This document shows positions 20,308 to 29,561 of a DNA stretch of 64,000 nucleotides, piece by piece. Both the position numbers and the translations under genes were made by a program. This stretch comes from a virus. The notes under the pieces are model-generated. The model was not told the origin of the DNA, searched no databases, and saw nothing but the letters and a program-made list of their open reading frames with translations. Numbering within the stretch: position 1 is the stretch's first letter; each line of letters begins with the position of its first letter. The stretch is from the IMG/VR virus record IMGVR_UViG_3300021961_000063, positions 11,207 to 75,206 of that record, one strand, 5' to 3'.

Positions 20308-21090
20308 ATGAAAATTAGTCATGAAGTACCTCTATGTTTATTAGAGGATAGTCAAAAATTTAATGATTATGATTATTGTTTACCTCATTTGCTAGATGAG
20401 GAACCAGGTTACGAAGCGTATTTTCGTCAAGCTAAAGCAGAAGGACGATATATTATTATGGATAATTCACTCCATGAACTTGGAGAAGCCTATGATACAG
20501 AGCGTCTGATGTATTGGATTAATCAACTCAAACCAAATGAATTTATTATTCCAGATGTATGGGAAGATTGTACAGCATCTATAGTTAATGCTCGTGCTTG
20601 GACACTTGCTAATTTACCTGATGAAGTAACTAAAGTAGCAGTTGTACAAGCAAAAACAATTAGAGAAGCAATTACCTGTTACCAAACATACAAAGATTTA
20701 GGATACCAGAAAATTGCTTTCTCATATGGTGGTAGTTATTATTTAGAATATTCATCACATCCTAATAAAAATTTAGCTAAAGCATTAGGTCGAATTGAAA
20801 TAGTAACTCGTTTATATAATTCTAAAATTATTAGTCATGTAGACCGAGTACATTTGTTAGGTTGCCAAGTACCACAAGAATTCAGTTGGTATAAGGATAT
20901 GCCTTTTATTGAAACCATTGATACATCAAATCCAATAATGGCAACTATTGATGGTTTGGCTTATACAACAAATGGTCTAACTGAAAAACCAAAAGCAAAT
21001 ATGAATAATTATTTTTATATGGCTGCCGAGGATTTGGATTGGGAATTACTAGACTGGAATATTAATCACTTTAGAAAATTATTAAAATAA
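20308..21090 (+). CDS. Divergent TGT-fold protein, candidate DNA 7-deazaguanine transglycosylase (DpdA-like)
   Basis: IMDNS, IPDV, AVVQ, KIAFSYG, VHLLG, IDTSNP occur in TGT motif order; first gene of que cluster. Confidence 0.65.
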   Translation: MKISHEVPLCLLEDSQKFNDYDYCLPHLLDEEPGYEAYFRQAKAEGRYIIMDNSLHELGEAYDTERLMYWINQLKPNEFIIPDVWEDCTASIVNARAWTLANLPDEVTKVAVVQAKTIREAITCYQTYKDLGYQKIAFSYGGSYYLEYSSHPNKNLAKALGRIEIVTRLYNSKIISHVDRVHLLGCQVPQEFSWYKDMPFIETIDTSNPIMATIDGLAYTTNGLTEKPKANMNNYFYMAAEDLDWELLDWNINHFRKLLK

Positions 21091-21093
21091 GTT

Positions 21094-21318
21094 ATGGAAG
21101 AAAAAGATACAACAATGCTTTCCCTGTATGATTATTTAGGTAAAGCAGCTGGAAGAGAGTTAGGAAAAATGGTATTTCGAATTTCTCAAACTAAAAATAT
21201 TAAACTTGAAGTTAAAGAAGTATCAAATCCTGCTTATACAGGTAAAATTTTAATGTATCCAAAATGGTTTTTGGATGAATATTTTAGTGTTCCACAAATA
21301 GATGACCTACCCTTTTAA
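21094..21318 (+). CDS. Hypothetical protein
   Basis: SLYDYLGKAAG..LG...YTG..MYPK.FL. Confidence 0.6.
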   Translation: MEEKDTTMLSLYDYLGKAAGRELGKMVFRISQTKNIKLEVKEVSNPAYTGKILMYPKWFLDEYFSVPQIDDLPF

Positions 21319-21319
21319 T

Positions 21320-21460
21320 ATGAATAACATAGATACAAATCCAGTTTGGGAAAAAATGTTTAAAGAAGTTTTAGACGAAATCCTTAAAAATTGTGCCTTC
21401 CTTAGTTTGGAAGATTATCGAGAATTAATTAAATTAGCAAATAAAAAAAACAATGAATAA
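21320..21460 (+). CDS. Small hypothetical protein (46 aa, not in ORF track)
   Basis: MNNIDTNPVWEK...KKNNE fills the gap between genes. Confidence 0.45.
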   Translation: MNNIDTNPVWEKMFKEVLDEILKNCAFLSLEDYRELIKLANKKNNE

Positions 21461-22289
21461 ACAAGCAGTATTGTCACTAAGTGGAGGTATGGACAGCTCC
21501 ACATTGTTGCTTCATCTACTTGCCGAGGGCTATGAAGTGACAGCACTGTCTTTTGATTACGGTCAAAAACACTCAATTGAATTAGCAAGAGCTCAATCTC
21601 TGGTTTGGTACTTAAATGAATCGGGTCACAACATAAATTATCAAGTAATTAAACTTGATGGTTTGAGCCAATTACTTAATTCAGCACTTGTAACTGGAGG
21701 TGAAGATGTACCTGAAGGTCACTACGCTGAGGAAAATATGAAAGCTACTGTTGTTCCTAACCGAAACAAAATATTTAGTAGTATCATTCAGGCTGTTGCC
21801 TTGTCAATTGCTAATGCTAAAAACACTGAAGTTCATATTGCTATGGGCATCCACGCTGGTGATCACGCTATTTACCCTGATTGTCGTCAGGAGTTTCGTG
21901 ACATTGATTACGAAGCTTTTGTCGCTGGTAATTGGGATGCTCATCTTGTCTCTTACTACACTCCTTATCTTCATACTGATAAGTTTGGTATTTTAGAAGA
22001 TGGTCAAGTTTGTTGTGTAGAGTTAGGTGTTGATTTTGATGAAGTATATAAACGTACTAACACATCTTATAAACCATTAGTACATATTGTTTATGATAAT
22101 TATGATAATCCATCTCCCGAATGGTTTAGTGACTACAAATCAGCATCTTCCGTTGAGCGAGTAGAAGCATTTATTAAGCTTGGTCGTAGAGATCCTGTTC
22201 ACTATGCTGATGAATTTGGACCCGTAACTTGGGAATACGTAAAAGAGTATGTATCTTCCGTTCTAGATGACTACGCGAAGACAGTATAG
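21453..22289 (+). CDS. queC: 7-cyano-7-deazaguanine synthase
   Basis: LSGGMDS, FDYGQKH, VPNRN, YPDCR. Confidence 0.93.
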   Translation: MNKQAVLSLSGGMDSSTLLLHLLAEGYEVTALSFDYGQKHSIELARAQSLVWYLNESGHNINYQVIKLDGLSQLLNSALVTGGEDVPEGHYAEENMKATVVPNRNKIFSSIIQAVALSIANAKNTEVHIAMGIHAGDHAIYPDCRQEFRDIDYEAFVAGNWDAHLVSYYTPYLHTDKFGILEDGQVCCVELGVDFDEVYKRTNTSYKPLVHIVYDNYDNPSPEWFSDYKSASSVERVEAFIKLGRRDPVHYADEFGPVTWEYVKEYVSSVLDDYAKTV

Positions 22290-22479
22290 AAAATCACTCC
22301 CACCACAACAACGTTATGTTGTAATTAACCAAGAAGGTGAAATATACACCGGATTAATAGGTGGTTGTTCTCAATGGTCCTATAGTTGGGATGAGGCAAA
22401 ACCACTACACAAAGAAAATACATCTTGGCTCCTGCGAAATAATCCAGGAGCCGAGATAATTAAAGAAGAAGAAATATGA
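22267..22479 (+). CDS. Hypothetical protein
   Basis: 70 aa overlapping ORF in operon. Confidence 0.5.
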   Translation: MTTRRQYRKSLPPQQRYVVINQEGEIYTGLIGGCSQWSYSWDEAKPLHKENTSWLLRNNPGAEIIKEEEI

Positions 22480-22631
22480 AACACCCCGATCCCAAAAAAC
22501 ATCAGATTATTAGCTTTGTTAAATCAGGAGTTCGCCTTTTAGGTTATGGACTTATTCCATTTAACTTGGTTACTGCAACTGTTGTACTTATATTTAGTGA
22601 ATTAATTGGAATTATAGAAGAATTAGTATGA
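22476..22631 (+). CDS. Small membrane protein (51 aa, not in ORF track)
   Basis: MKHPDPKKHQIISFVKSGVRLLGY...GIIEELV; ATGA overlaps on both sides. Confidence 0.6.
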   Translation: MKHPDPKKHQIISFVKSGVRLLGYGLIPFNLVTATVVLIFSELIGIIEELV

Positions 22632-22876
22632 AAAAAATATTTTATTTTACAGCCCCTTGGTGTGGTCCTTGCCGTATGTTAGGTCCTACTATGGACCAGG
22701 TAGCACAGACAGTACCTGTAGAAAAAATTAACATTGATTATGAAATCGATAGAGCTAAAGCAGCAAATGTAATGAGTGTCCCTACCGTAGTATTAACAGA
22801 AAACGGACAAGAAATTCGTCGCTTTGTAGGTGCTCGTAGTTATCAAGATGTAATGAATTTTATCAATAATGGGTAA
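22628..22876 (+). CDS. Thioredoxin
   Basis: WCGPC, SVPT. Confidence 0.9.
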   Translation: MKKIFYFTAPWCGPCRMLGPTMDQVAQTVPVEKINIDYEIDRAKAANVMSVPTVVLTENGQEIRRFVGARSYQDVMNFINNG

Positions 22877-23357
22877 ATATCAATCAACAAAACTATTTGA
22901 CAACTATTCAGTTGCCATTCGCCAGTGGAAAGCACAACATTCACATTGTCAGTTGCTTCATGGTTATGCTTTAGAATTTAAAGTATGGTTTGAATCAGTT
23001 GAACCACTTGAGGAAAACCAATTAGATGAAATGAATTGGATTCAAGATTATGGTGGATTCAAATCAACAGATGCTGAACCAACACCAGGTAACGGTTTGA
23101 AAGATTGGATGAACTATATGTGGGACCATACTTTGCTAATTGAAAAGGATGATCCATATTTGGATTTGTTTCAATCAATGAACCCAACAGTTTGTCATTT
23201 GCGTGTTATGGATAAAATTGGAGCCGAATCAGCTGCTAAATTGGTTTACGATAAATTCAATGATGTTTTGTCTAAAACAGGTGGTGGACGAGTTAAAGTA
23301 ACAAAAGTAGAATGTTGGGAAGCTAAAAACAACAGTTCAATTTACATAGGAGAATAA
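22869..23357 (+). CDS. queD: 6-carboxy-tetrahydropterin synthase
   Basis: HC.LLHGY, DYGGFK, DH.LL, E...NSS. Confidence 0.88.
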   Translation: MGKYQSTKLFDNYSVAIRQWKAQHSHCQLLHGYALEFKVWFESVEPLEENQLDEMNWIQDYGGFKSTDAEPTPGNGLKDWMNYMWDHTLLIEKDDPYLDLFQSMNPTVCHLRVMDKIGAESAAKLVYDKFNDVLSKTGGGRVKVTKVECWEAKNNSSIYIGE

Positions 23358-23359
23358 TT

Positions 23360-24175
23360 ATGGATCATAGTAAAGTAACAGAAAAACAATGGTTAATCGA
23401 GGAACCAGGTCGTATTGAAGATTACGATAAAAAGATTCCTGTACTAGAAATTTACCCTTGCGTTCAATCAGAAGGATCTCGTCAAGGTCGCCCCACAATT
23501 GCTGTACGAGTTACAGGATGTACTCACCGCTGTTGGTTTGGTGAAGGCGGTTGGTGCGATTCTTGGTACACTAGTATTCATCCTGAAAAAGGTATTTATA
23601 CATTTAACGACATTGTTAAAATGTATGATGAAAATCCTCATATTAATGAAATGATGTTAACTGGAGGTTCACCTACTATGCAGCCTGCTTTGGTTAATGA
23701 ATTAACTCATTTTGCTAACGAAAGAGGAATATTTATTACCATTGAAACCGAAGGATCTCACTTTATTAAAACCGATTACCCAATTGGGCTTATATCTCTT
23801 AGCCCTAAGTTTAGTAATTCTATCCCTAAAATTGACGTTAATACGCCAATGGGGAAATTGGTTGACCAGAAAATGATTGACCAACATAATAAATTTCGTT
23901 TAAATAAAGCAGCAATGGCTTTGACGATGGAGTATCATGATAATTATCATTTCAAGCCAGTATGGGATGGAACAGAAGAAAACTTAGCTGAAATTGAAGC
24001 CTTCCGAGTTGAAATGGATATTCCAAAATGTAAAACTTGGATTATGCCTGCTGGTGATACTCGTGAAACACTAATTGAGATGTATCCTATTTCAATTGAA
24101 ATGTGTATGAAACATGGTTATAACTGGACTGGTCGAGACCACATTATTGCTTATGATACCAAAAGAGCCGTGTAA
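23360..24175 (+). CDS. queE: 7-carboxy-7-deazaguanine synthase (radical SAM)
   Basis: QSEG, R.TGCTHRC....CDS, LTGGSP, IETEG, SLSPK. Confidence 0.9.
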   Translation: MDHSKVTEKQWLIEEPGRIEDYDKKIPVLEIYPCVQSEGSRQGRPTIAVRVTGCTHRCWFGEGGWCDSWYTSIHPEKGIYTFNDIVKMYDENPHINEMMLTGGSPTMQPALVNELTHFANERGIFITIETEGSHFIKTDYPIGLISLSPKFSNSIPKIDVNTPMGKLVDQKMIDQHNKFRLNKAAMALTMEYHDNYHFKPVWDGTEENLAEIEAFRVEMDIPKCKTWIMPAGDTRETLIEMYPISIEMCMKHGYNWTGRDHIIAYDTKRAV

Positions 24176-24186
24176 TATTTATAATA

Positions 24187-24432
24187 ATGAAACAAAAATT
24201 AACTTATTTTTATAGTCCTGATTGTTCTAAATGTAGTGAAATTAAACCTTTAGTAAAGGAACTAGAATCTGTTTTTGATATTACTTATATTAATTCCTAC
24301 GAAAATGAAATATTAGTAGAGTCAAACAACATTAACTGGGTCCCAGCTTTCGTTTTAGAAGATCAAACAGGTAAATATAAATTTGAGGGCAAAAAAGAAA
24401 TTACTCAGTTTTTGAAAAAGGTTATTTTATGA
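24187..24432 (+). CDS. Thioredoxin-like protein
   Basis: CSKC motif, WVPAF. Confidence 0.7.
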   Translation: MKQKLTYFYSPDCSKCSEIKPLVKELESVFDITYINSYENEILVESNNINWVPAFVLEDQTGKYKFEGKKEITQFLKKVIL

Positions 24433-24917
24433 TTTTGTTTACAGAACAAGAAATTCAAAATAAAGTAGGTGAATTAGCCTACAAAATTAGAAAAAAACAT
24501 CACGAGGAACCTCCCGTGTTTATATGCGTTTTAAACGGCGCTTTTATGTTCTTTACGGATTTAATGAAACATATGGGTGATTGTCATATAGATTTTATAC
24601 GCGCGAAATCTTACACAGATACCACGCAGGGTGAGATATACATTACAAAACCTTTAGAAATAGATATTACTGGAAAAGATGTTTATATTGTTGATGATAT
24701 CTATGATTCAGGTAATACTATGAAACACCTAATTAAACATTTAGAGTATGGCAACCCAAAATCATTAACCCCAGTAACATTATTTAAACGATATTCCTCT
24801 GAGGATCCTGATTTGATTTATGGTTTTAATTTAGAAAACGAACACTTTTTAGTTGGTTATGGTTTAGATGGAGAAAATGGATTAAAGCGTAATCAAAAAT
24901 ATATTTCCTCTATTTAA
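24429..24917 (+). CDS. hpt: Hypoxanthine/guanine phosphoribosyltransferase-like protein
   Basis: VLNGAFMFFTDL, KSY, IVDDIYDSGNT, FLVGYGLD. Confidence 0.88.
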   Translation: MILFTEQEIQNKVGELAYKIRKKHHEEPPVFICVLNGAFMFFTDLMKHMGDCHIDFIRAKSYTDTTQGEIYITKPLEIDITGKDVYIVDDIYDSGNTMKHLIKHLEYGNPKSLTPVTLFKRYSSEDPDLIYGFNLENEHFLVGYGLDGENGLKRNQKYISSI

Positions 24918-24958
24918 TTTTTAGGGTAAAGGTGTTATATTTATAACATATCTACTTT

Positions 24959-25387
24959 ATGGTAAATACAACACAAGTTAATATACCCATTGATACTTTT
25001 GTAGTAACTGCCATAACACAAGCAAATTGGGATAGAGCAGAAGTAAAATGGGACAAATACTACTCAGATTTTTATTATGCCCGCTATTTAGAAAAAGAGT
25101 TCAACACAAAAATTCCAGGCCCTCCTTATAAAGTACTTTGGAACCACGCTATTATTTTATCTATTGCTTTTCCTTCAGATTATGACTATCAAGATCAACA
25201 AAAAGAACGACAAAAAAGTAAGAAAAAGGTTAAAGTAATATTTATGGCCGAAGACTTAACTAAGGTTATAGATAAAGAAAAAAACAATATGATTAAAGCT
25301 GAATTTAAAGATAAAGTTGAAAATATATTAACTGAAAAAATGGGTCAAAAAGTAATATTAGAAGATGTTCACATTATATACCGATAA
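24959..25387 (+). CDS. Hypothetical late protein
   Basis: Follows ATATTTATA motif. Confidence 0.55.
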   Translation: MVNTTQVNIPIDTFVVTAITQANWDRAEVKWDKYYSDFYYARYLEKEFNTKIPGPPYKVLWNHAIILSIAFPSDYDYQDQQKERQKSKKKVKVIFMAEDLTKVIDKEKNNMIKAEFKDKVENILTEKMGQKVILEDVHIIYR

Positions 25388-25937
25388 AAATAATACCTTT
25401 CAATGTAAAATAACTTTAGAGGGGGCATCTGAATCTACAGCCTTGGCTCGTTTAATCATTGAAGGTGAACATCATAATTTAATGTTTGATGGTAAAATCA
25501 AAAATGGTTTATGTGAAGTTAATATTGGCCAATTTAAAAACTTTGATAATTTTAAAAGTAAAGGTAAAATTAAGTTAGAAGTTATAGCAGATGATGTTTG
25601 TTTTACTCCTTGGAAATCTGAATATAATATAAAACAAAATAAAAAAGTTGTTGCTGAAGTAAATGAAAAAACTTCTTCAAAACAACGTGTAAAATCAACA
25701 AAAGATTCATACATTAGATATACTCCTAAAACAGAAGTTGAGAATCATGGAGAAAAAATACTTGAAATGTTAGTTAAAGAAAGAGTTGATATTAAACAAT
25801 ATAAATCTTTAGATGTTATGTTAAATAAAAATATTAAATCCAAACTTATATTTAAAGCATATTTCCACAAAAACCAACTTTCAGAACAAGTATTAAATTC
25901 AACTTTAGGATATCTTGTAGATAAATTTTTAAACTAA
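25365..25937 (+). CDS. Hypothetical late protein
   Basis: LYTDK..F.C.I.LEG...KLEVIADD..FTPW. Confidence 0.6.
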   Translation: MFTLYTDKNNTFQCKITLEGASESTALARLIIEGEHHNLMFDGKIKNGLCEVNIGQFKNFDNFKSKGKIKLEVIADDVCFTPWKSEYNIKQNKKVVAEVNEKTSSKQRVKSTKDSYIRYTPKTEVENHGEKILEMLVKERVDIKQYKSLDVMLNKNIKSKLIFKAYFHKNQLSEQVLNSTLGYLVDKFLN

Positions 25938-25944
25938 CTTTTAA

Positions 25945-26565
25945 ATGGCTATAACTACGTTTTCAGGATCCTCAATTAGTGATACATACCAACGACTTGT
26001 ACAAACAGACGGAACGTTATTAGCTGATGGTACTGGAAGTATTTTAAATAATTTAAATTTACCCAAGTTAAGTATAAGTGGTAATTTATATGTTTCAGGC
26101 ACATTATATGCTGAAAAATCAATCATAATAACTCAGTCCTATTATTCTGGTTCCCAAATTTTTGGAAATGAGTTAACAGATACCCACCAGTTTACAGGTT
26201 CTATTTTAGCTACAGGCTCAGAACAAATAATAGGATATTTTAGTGTTACTGGTTCCTCTACATTATCTGGTTCTAATACTTTATTAGGAGTAACAGATGT
26301 AAAAAATATTTTTATAGTTACGGGTAGCATATACGCTTCAGCTTCTGTTAACATTATAGGTGATACAACAATGACCGGTTCTTTATTTGTAACTAGTACA
26401 AATGATGATGTTTTTGTTGTTAAAAATCAGAGTAATGTTTCTCTTTTATCCGTAACTCAAAGTGGAGTTATAACTTTATCAACTCAATCAATAGAATTAA
26501 CAGACCCTGCACCAAAAGGTGGAATTTATTTTACTTCTACTAATTTTTATGTAGGACTTAATTAA
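25945..26565 (+). CDS. Fibre-like virion protein with SGS/TGS repeats
   Basis: Repeated ISG/VTGS/FTGS beta motifs, SGSQIFG..THQFTGS. Confidence 0.6.
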   Translation: MAITTFSGSSISDTYQRLVQTDGTLLADGTGSILNNLNLPKLSISGNLYVSGTLYAEKSIIITQSYYSGSQIFGNELTDTHQFTGSILATGSEQIIGYFSVTGSSTLSGSNTLLGVTDVKNIFIVTGSIYASASVNIIGDTTMTGSLFVTSTNDDVFVVKNQSNVSLLSVTQSGVITLSTQSIELTDPAPKGGIYFTSTNFYVGLN

Positions 26566-26613
26566 AAAATAAAAAAAAATTATATATTTATCAATAAAAA
26601 TTAAACAAAAATT

Positions 26614-27330
26614 ATGGCAACTTGGAAAAAAGTAATTGTATCTGGATCGCAAGCTGAATTAGCAGCTTTAACTTCTAGTATAGCGGTATTAGTAGGTACA
26701 AATCAACAAATTACAACAAATCAAGCAACAACCTTTTTAACAGGTTCGTTTACTGGATCCTTTACAGGTGTAGCGGATCTTCCTGATTTAATCAATGGCT
26801 CTGGAATTACATCCTTTACTTATGATGGTTCAGCTACAGCTACCGTTTCAGTATCTGGTGCTGCTGCTTTATCTTCAAACAATGTTCCTAAATGGTCAGG
26901 CGATGCTTTTGTTAACTCAGGTATTTCTGATAATGGTACTACTATAACTATTTCAGAAGATGCTGTATTCCAAAGTGATATTACTGTATTAGGCACAGCA
27001 TCTTTCCAAAATACTACTAATTTAGAAGTAGCAGATAGATTTATATTGTTAGCTTCAGGATCTAATACAACTGGTGATGGTGGTTTAGTAATTCAACAAG
27101 CTAGCCAAGACGTAGGTGAGTTATTTGGTTATGAAAATTCAATTAATCGTTGGGGATTCACTTCATCCTTTAGCGCTGATTCTTCTACATTTAACGCCGC
27201 TGCTTATATAACAACAACCGAAGTAGGAACATCATCACCTTCATCTGCACCAATTTATGGAGGAGCCGGTAATGGATATGGTAATATGTACATTAAAACA
27301 GATACAGGAGACATTTTTATCTATTCATAA
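26614..27330 (+). CDS. Fibre-like virion protein
   Basis: MATWKKVIVSGS, LTGSFTGSFTG, TTNLEVADRFILLASGS. Confidence 0.6.
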   Translation: MATWKKVIVSGSQAELAALTSSIAVLVGTNQQITTNQATTFLTGSFTGSFTGVADLPDLINGSGITSFTYDGSATATVSVSGAAALSSNNVPKWSGDAFVNSGISDNGTTITISEDAVFQSDITVLGTASFQNTTNLEVADRFILLASGSNTTGDGGLVIQQASQDVGELFGYENSINRWGFTSSFSADSSTFNAAAYITTTEVGTSSPSSAPIYGGAGNGYGNMYIKTDTGDIFIYS

Positions 27331-27352
27331 AAAAATAATTAAAAAAATAGTT

Positions 27353-27553
27353 ATGGGATTTTCAGCAAAACACGTTGAAGGATCTAATCCTTTGATGAAA
27401 CCAACATCTACTTCTAATAGTCAATTAACTACAAAAGAAATAGAAGTTCTTTTATCTATGATTAAAAAAACAACTTTTTTAGGAGAAGATATAGAACCTT
27501 TGTATAATTTGATTATTAAATTACAAACCCAACATTTGGAACAAACTAAATAA
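27353..27553 (+). CDS. Small hypothetical protein (possible fibre chaperone)
   Basis: Start reassigned to AGTTATG at 27353. Confidence 0.55.
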   Translation: MGFSAKHVEGSNPLMKPTSTSNSQLTTKEIEVLLSMIKKTTFLGEDIEPLYNLIIKLQTQHLEQTK

Positions 27554-27560
27554 TTAAGTT

Positions 27561-27797
27561 ATGAATTTATTTTCTGTAGATTTTACCCACAGTGAATTAA
27601 ATTTTATTCGTCAATCTTTAGAAACTGTTCCTATTCAAGGTCGTGATGCTAAATTTTGTGCTTCTATTCAGATTAAAATAGAACATGAATTAGAAGAAAT
27701 CACTCGTATGATTAAAGCTGAAGAACAAAATAAACTATTAGGTCTTCAAGAAATTATTAATCAAGAAGAAAACAAAACTTCTAAAAAGAAAAAATAA
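27561..27797 (+). CDS. Small hypothetical protein
   Basis: 78 aa, AAGTTATG start. Confidence 0.6.
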   Translation: MNLFSVDFTHSELNFIRQSLETVPIQGRDAKFCASIQIKIEHELEEITRMIKAEEQNKLLGLQEIINQEENKTSKKKK

Positions 27798-27811
27798 TAT
27801 ATTTATAACAG

Positions 27812-27867
27812 TATTATAGGCTCGAAAGAGAAGTGGACATAGCACATCTATGTAACCAACCATAATA
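27812..27867 (+). ncRNA. Putative structured 5' leader RNA (three-way junction)
   Basis: TATTAT(A)GG/CCATAATA closing stem, CTC-GAAA-GAG hairpin, ACATAG-cacat-CTATGT hairpin; lies between ATATTTATA and ATG 27876. Confidence 0.45.
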
Positions 27868-27875
27868 AAAATAAA

Positions 27876-28127
27876 ATGCCCAATTGGAAAAAAGTAATAA
27901 CATCTGGATCTGATGCCACTCTAAACTCCGTTTCAGGATCTTCTTTTATATATTCAGGAGGAGACATAACAGCTCAAGATCACCTACAATCTTTAAGTGG
28001 AGTTTTAACCTTAACTCCCCAAGATCCCCTTCCCTCAGGATTACCTACTGGAAGTTTTGCTGTTAGTTCCTCAGTACCCCCAAAACCTTATTTTTGGGAT
28101 GGTACTTCATGGAATGTTCTTTATTAA
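27876..28127 (+). CDS. Short fibre-like protein, paralogous N-terminus to 26614
   Basis: MPNWKKVITSGS.A.L; C-terminal YFWDGTSW. Confidence 0.65.
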   Translation: MPNWKKVITSGSDATLNSVSGSSFIYSGGDITAQDHLQSLSGVLTLTPQDPLPSGLPTGSFAVSSSVPPKPYFWDGTSWNVLY

Positions 28128-28190
28128 TTAAACTTAAAAATTTATTGTTTAATTTGGTTTTTTTAAAATAAGTTATTATATTAACGTTAT

Positions 28191-28892
28191 ATGAGTATTG
28201 AAAACAAACGTCGTAAAAAACATGATGGTATTGAATGTGTTCCTGTAGGTTATGCTAATGGAGTAGCAGCAGGTTTTCCGTTTACAGACAAAGAAAAGGA
28301 ATCAATGATTAATGAAGCTGAAGAAGCGTTTGGTAAGTTTCTTGATGCTTTAAAATGTGATTGGCGTAATGATCCCAACTCAATGGAAACACCACGTCGC
28401 GTAGCTAAAGCCTACGTAAACGATTTGTGGAAAGGTCGTTACAACAACTTTACAGAAATTACTTCATTCCCCTCAGATGGATATGATGGAATTATTATTG
28501 AGCGTAACATTCAACTTACCTCAATGTGTTCACATCACCACCAAACAATTCGTGGTGTAGTCCATATTGGTTATGTAGCTGGAACTGATGGTCAAGTAAT
28601 TGGTTTGTCTAAATTAAACCGTATTGTTGAACATTTTGGCCGTAGAGGAGCTATCCAAGAACAATTAACCTCCGCTATTCACCAAGCAGTAGATAAAGTA
28701 TGTGAAGGTAATCGTGGTGTTATTGTTACTGTAGTTGCTACTCACAATTGTGTAAGCTGTAGAGGTATTAATCACCAAGGAGCTGCTATGGTTACAACTA
28801 AAGCATCAGGTGTGTTTATGGATAACAATAATCAAGCACGTAAAGAATTCTTTGACAGCTTAAAAATTAACAACGGTCATATTTCAATCTAA
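28191..28892 (+). CDS. folE: GTP cyclohydrolase I
   Basis: ETPRRVAK, SMCSHH, GLSKLNRIV, IQEQLT, HNCVSCRG. Confidence 0.95.
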   Translation: MSIENKRRKKHDGIECVPVGYANGVAAGFPFTDKEKESMINEAEEAFGKFLDALKCDWRNDPNSMETPRRVAKAYVNDLWKGRYNNFTEITSFPSDGYDGIIIERNIQLTSMCSHHHQTIRGVVHIGYVAGTDGQVIGLSKLNRIVEHFGRRGAIQEQLTSAIHQAVDKVCEGNRGVIVTVVATHNCVSCRGINHQGAAMVTTKASGVFMDNNNQARKEFFDSLKINNGHISI

Positions 28893-29062
28893 TGAAGTTA
28901 GGTGGTTTTGTTGAAAAGGTAATTAAAATTATTACCTTAGGGCAAGGTCATCGAATTGCTCTATTCATAGCTAAAAAAATGGGTTATGATGATTGTGGCT
29001 GTAAAGCAAGAAAAGACAAGTTAGACTTGTTTTGGGACAAAATCTTAAATAAATTAAAATAA
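28892..29062 (+). CDS. Small hypothetical protein with DCGC motif (56 aa, not in ORF track)
   Basis: MKLGGFVEK...DDCGCKARKDKL; TAATG overlap. Confidence 0.55.
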   Translation: MKLGGFVEKVIKIITLGQGHRIALFIAKKMGYDDCGCKARKDKLDLFWDKILNKLK

Positions 29063-29063
29063 T

Positions 29064-29561
29064 ATGTTATTAAATTCAAATCAAATATCAAATCACATTA
29101 TTGAGTCCGAATTTTCAAAACGTGCTCAAATTGGTATCGACCTTTCAGTTCAAAAAATTGAATGGGTTTCTGCTGGAACTACTGTTTATACTGATAAAAC
29201 TATCGTAGATCCTTTCTTTTATCATGAACAGCCTTTGATCATGATTGATGGTAAAGAATGCTGGCGCTTGTCCAAAGGTGTTTATTCAGTTACATTTAAT
29301 GAAGGAATTAATGTTCCTGTTGATTGTGCTGCTAAAATTACTCACCGCTCATCTTTGTATCGTGGAGGTACAATTATTGAATCTCCTTGGTGGGATCCTG
29401 GTTTCCATTGTGAAATTATGAACTCAACAATGATTGTAAATAGTTCAATTATTATTGAGAAAAATGCTCGAATCGCTCAAATCGCTTTCTGGCGTGTTGA
29501 AGAGGTAGGTGAGCAATACAATGGTCAATTCCAAGGTCTAAACACAGCATACAACAAGTAA
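29064..29561 (+). CDS. Trimeric dUTPase/dCTP deaminase family protein
   Basis: GIDLS, HRSSL.R.G, WDPGF, RIAQI, YNGQFQ. Confidence 0.8.
   Translation: MLLNSNQISNHIIESEFSKRAQIGIDLSVQKIEWVSAGTTVYTDKTIVDPFFYHEQPLIMIDGKECWRLSKGVYSVTFNEGINVPVDCAAKITHRSSLYRGGTIIESPWWDPGFHCEIMNSTMIVNSSIIIEKNARIAQIAFWRVEEVGEQYNGQFQGLNTAYNK

Noticed and set aside
20272-21460. preQ1 riboswitch upstream of que genes
   Set aside because: Leaders are only a few nucleotides or are filled by small ORFs; no aptamer pattern seen
18124-28127. Diversity-generating retroelement acting on fibre or LamG genes
   Set aside because: No reverse transcriptase and no TR/VR repeat pair noticed in the window
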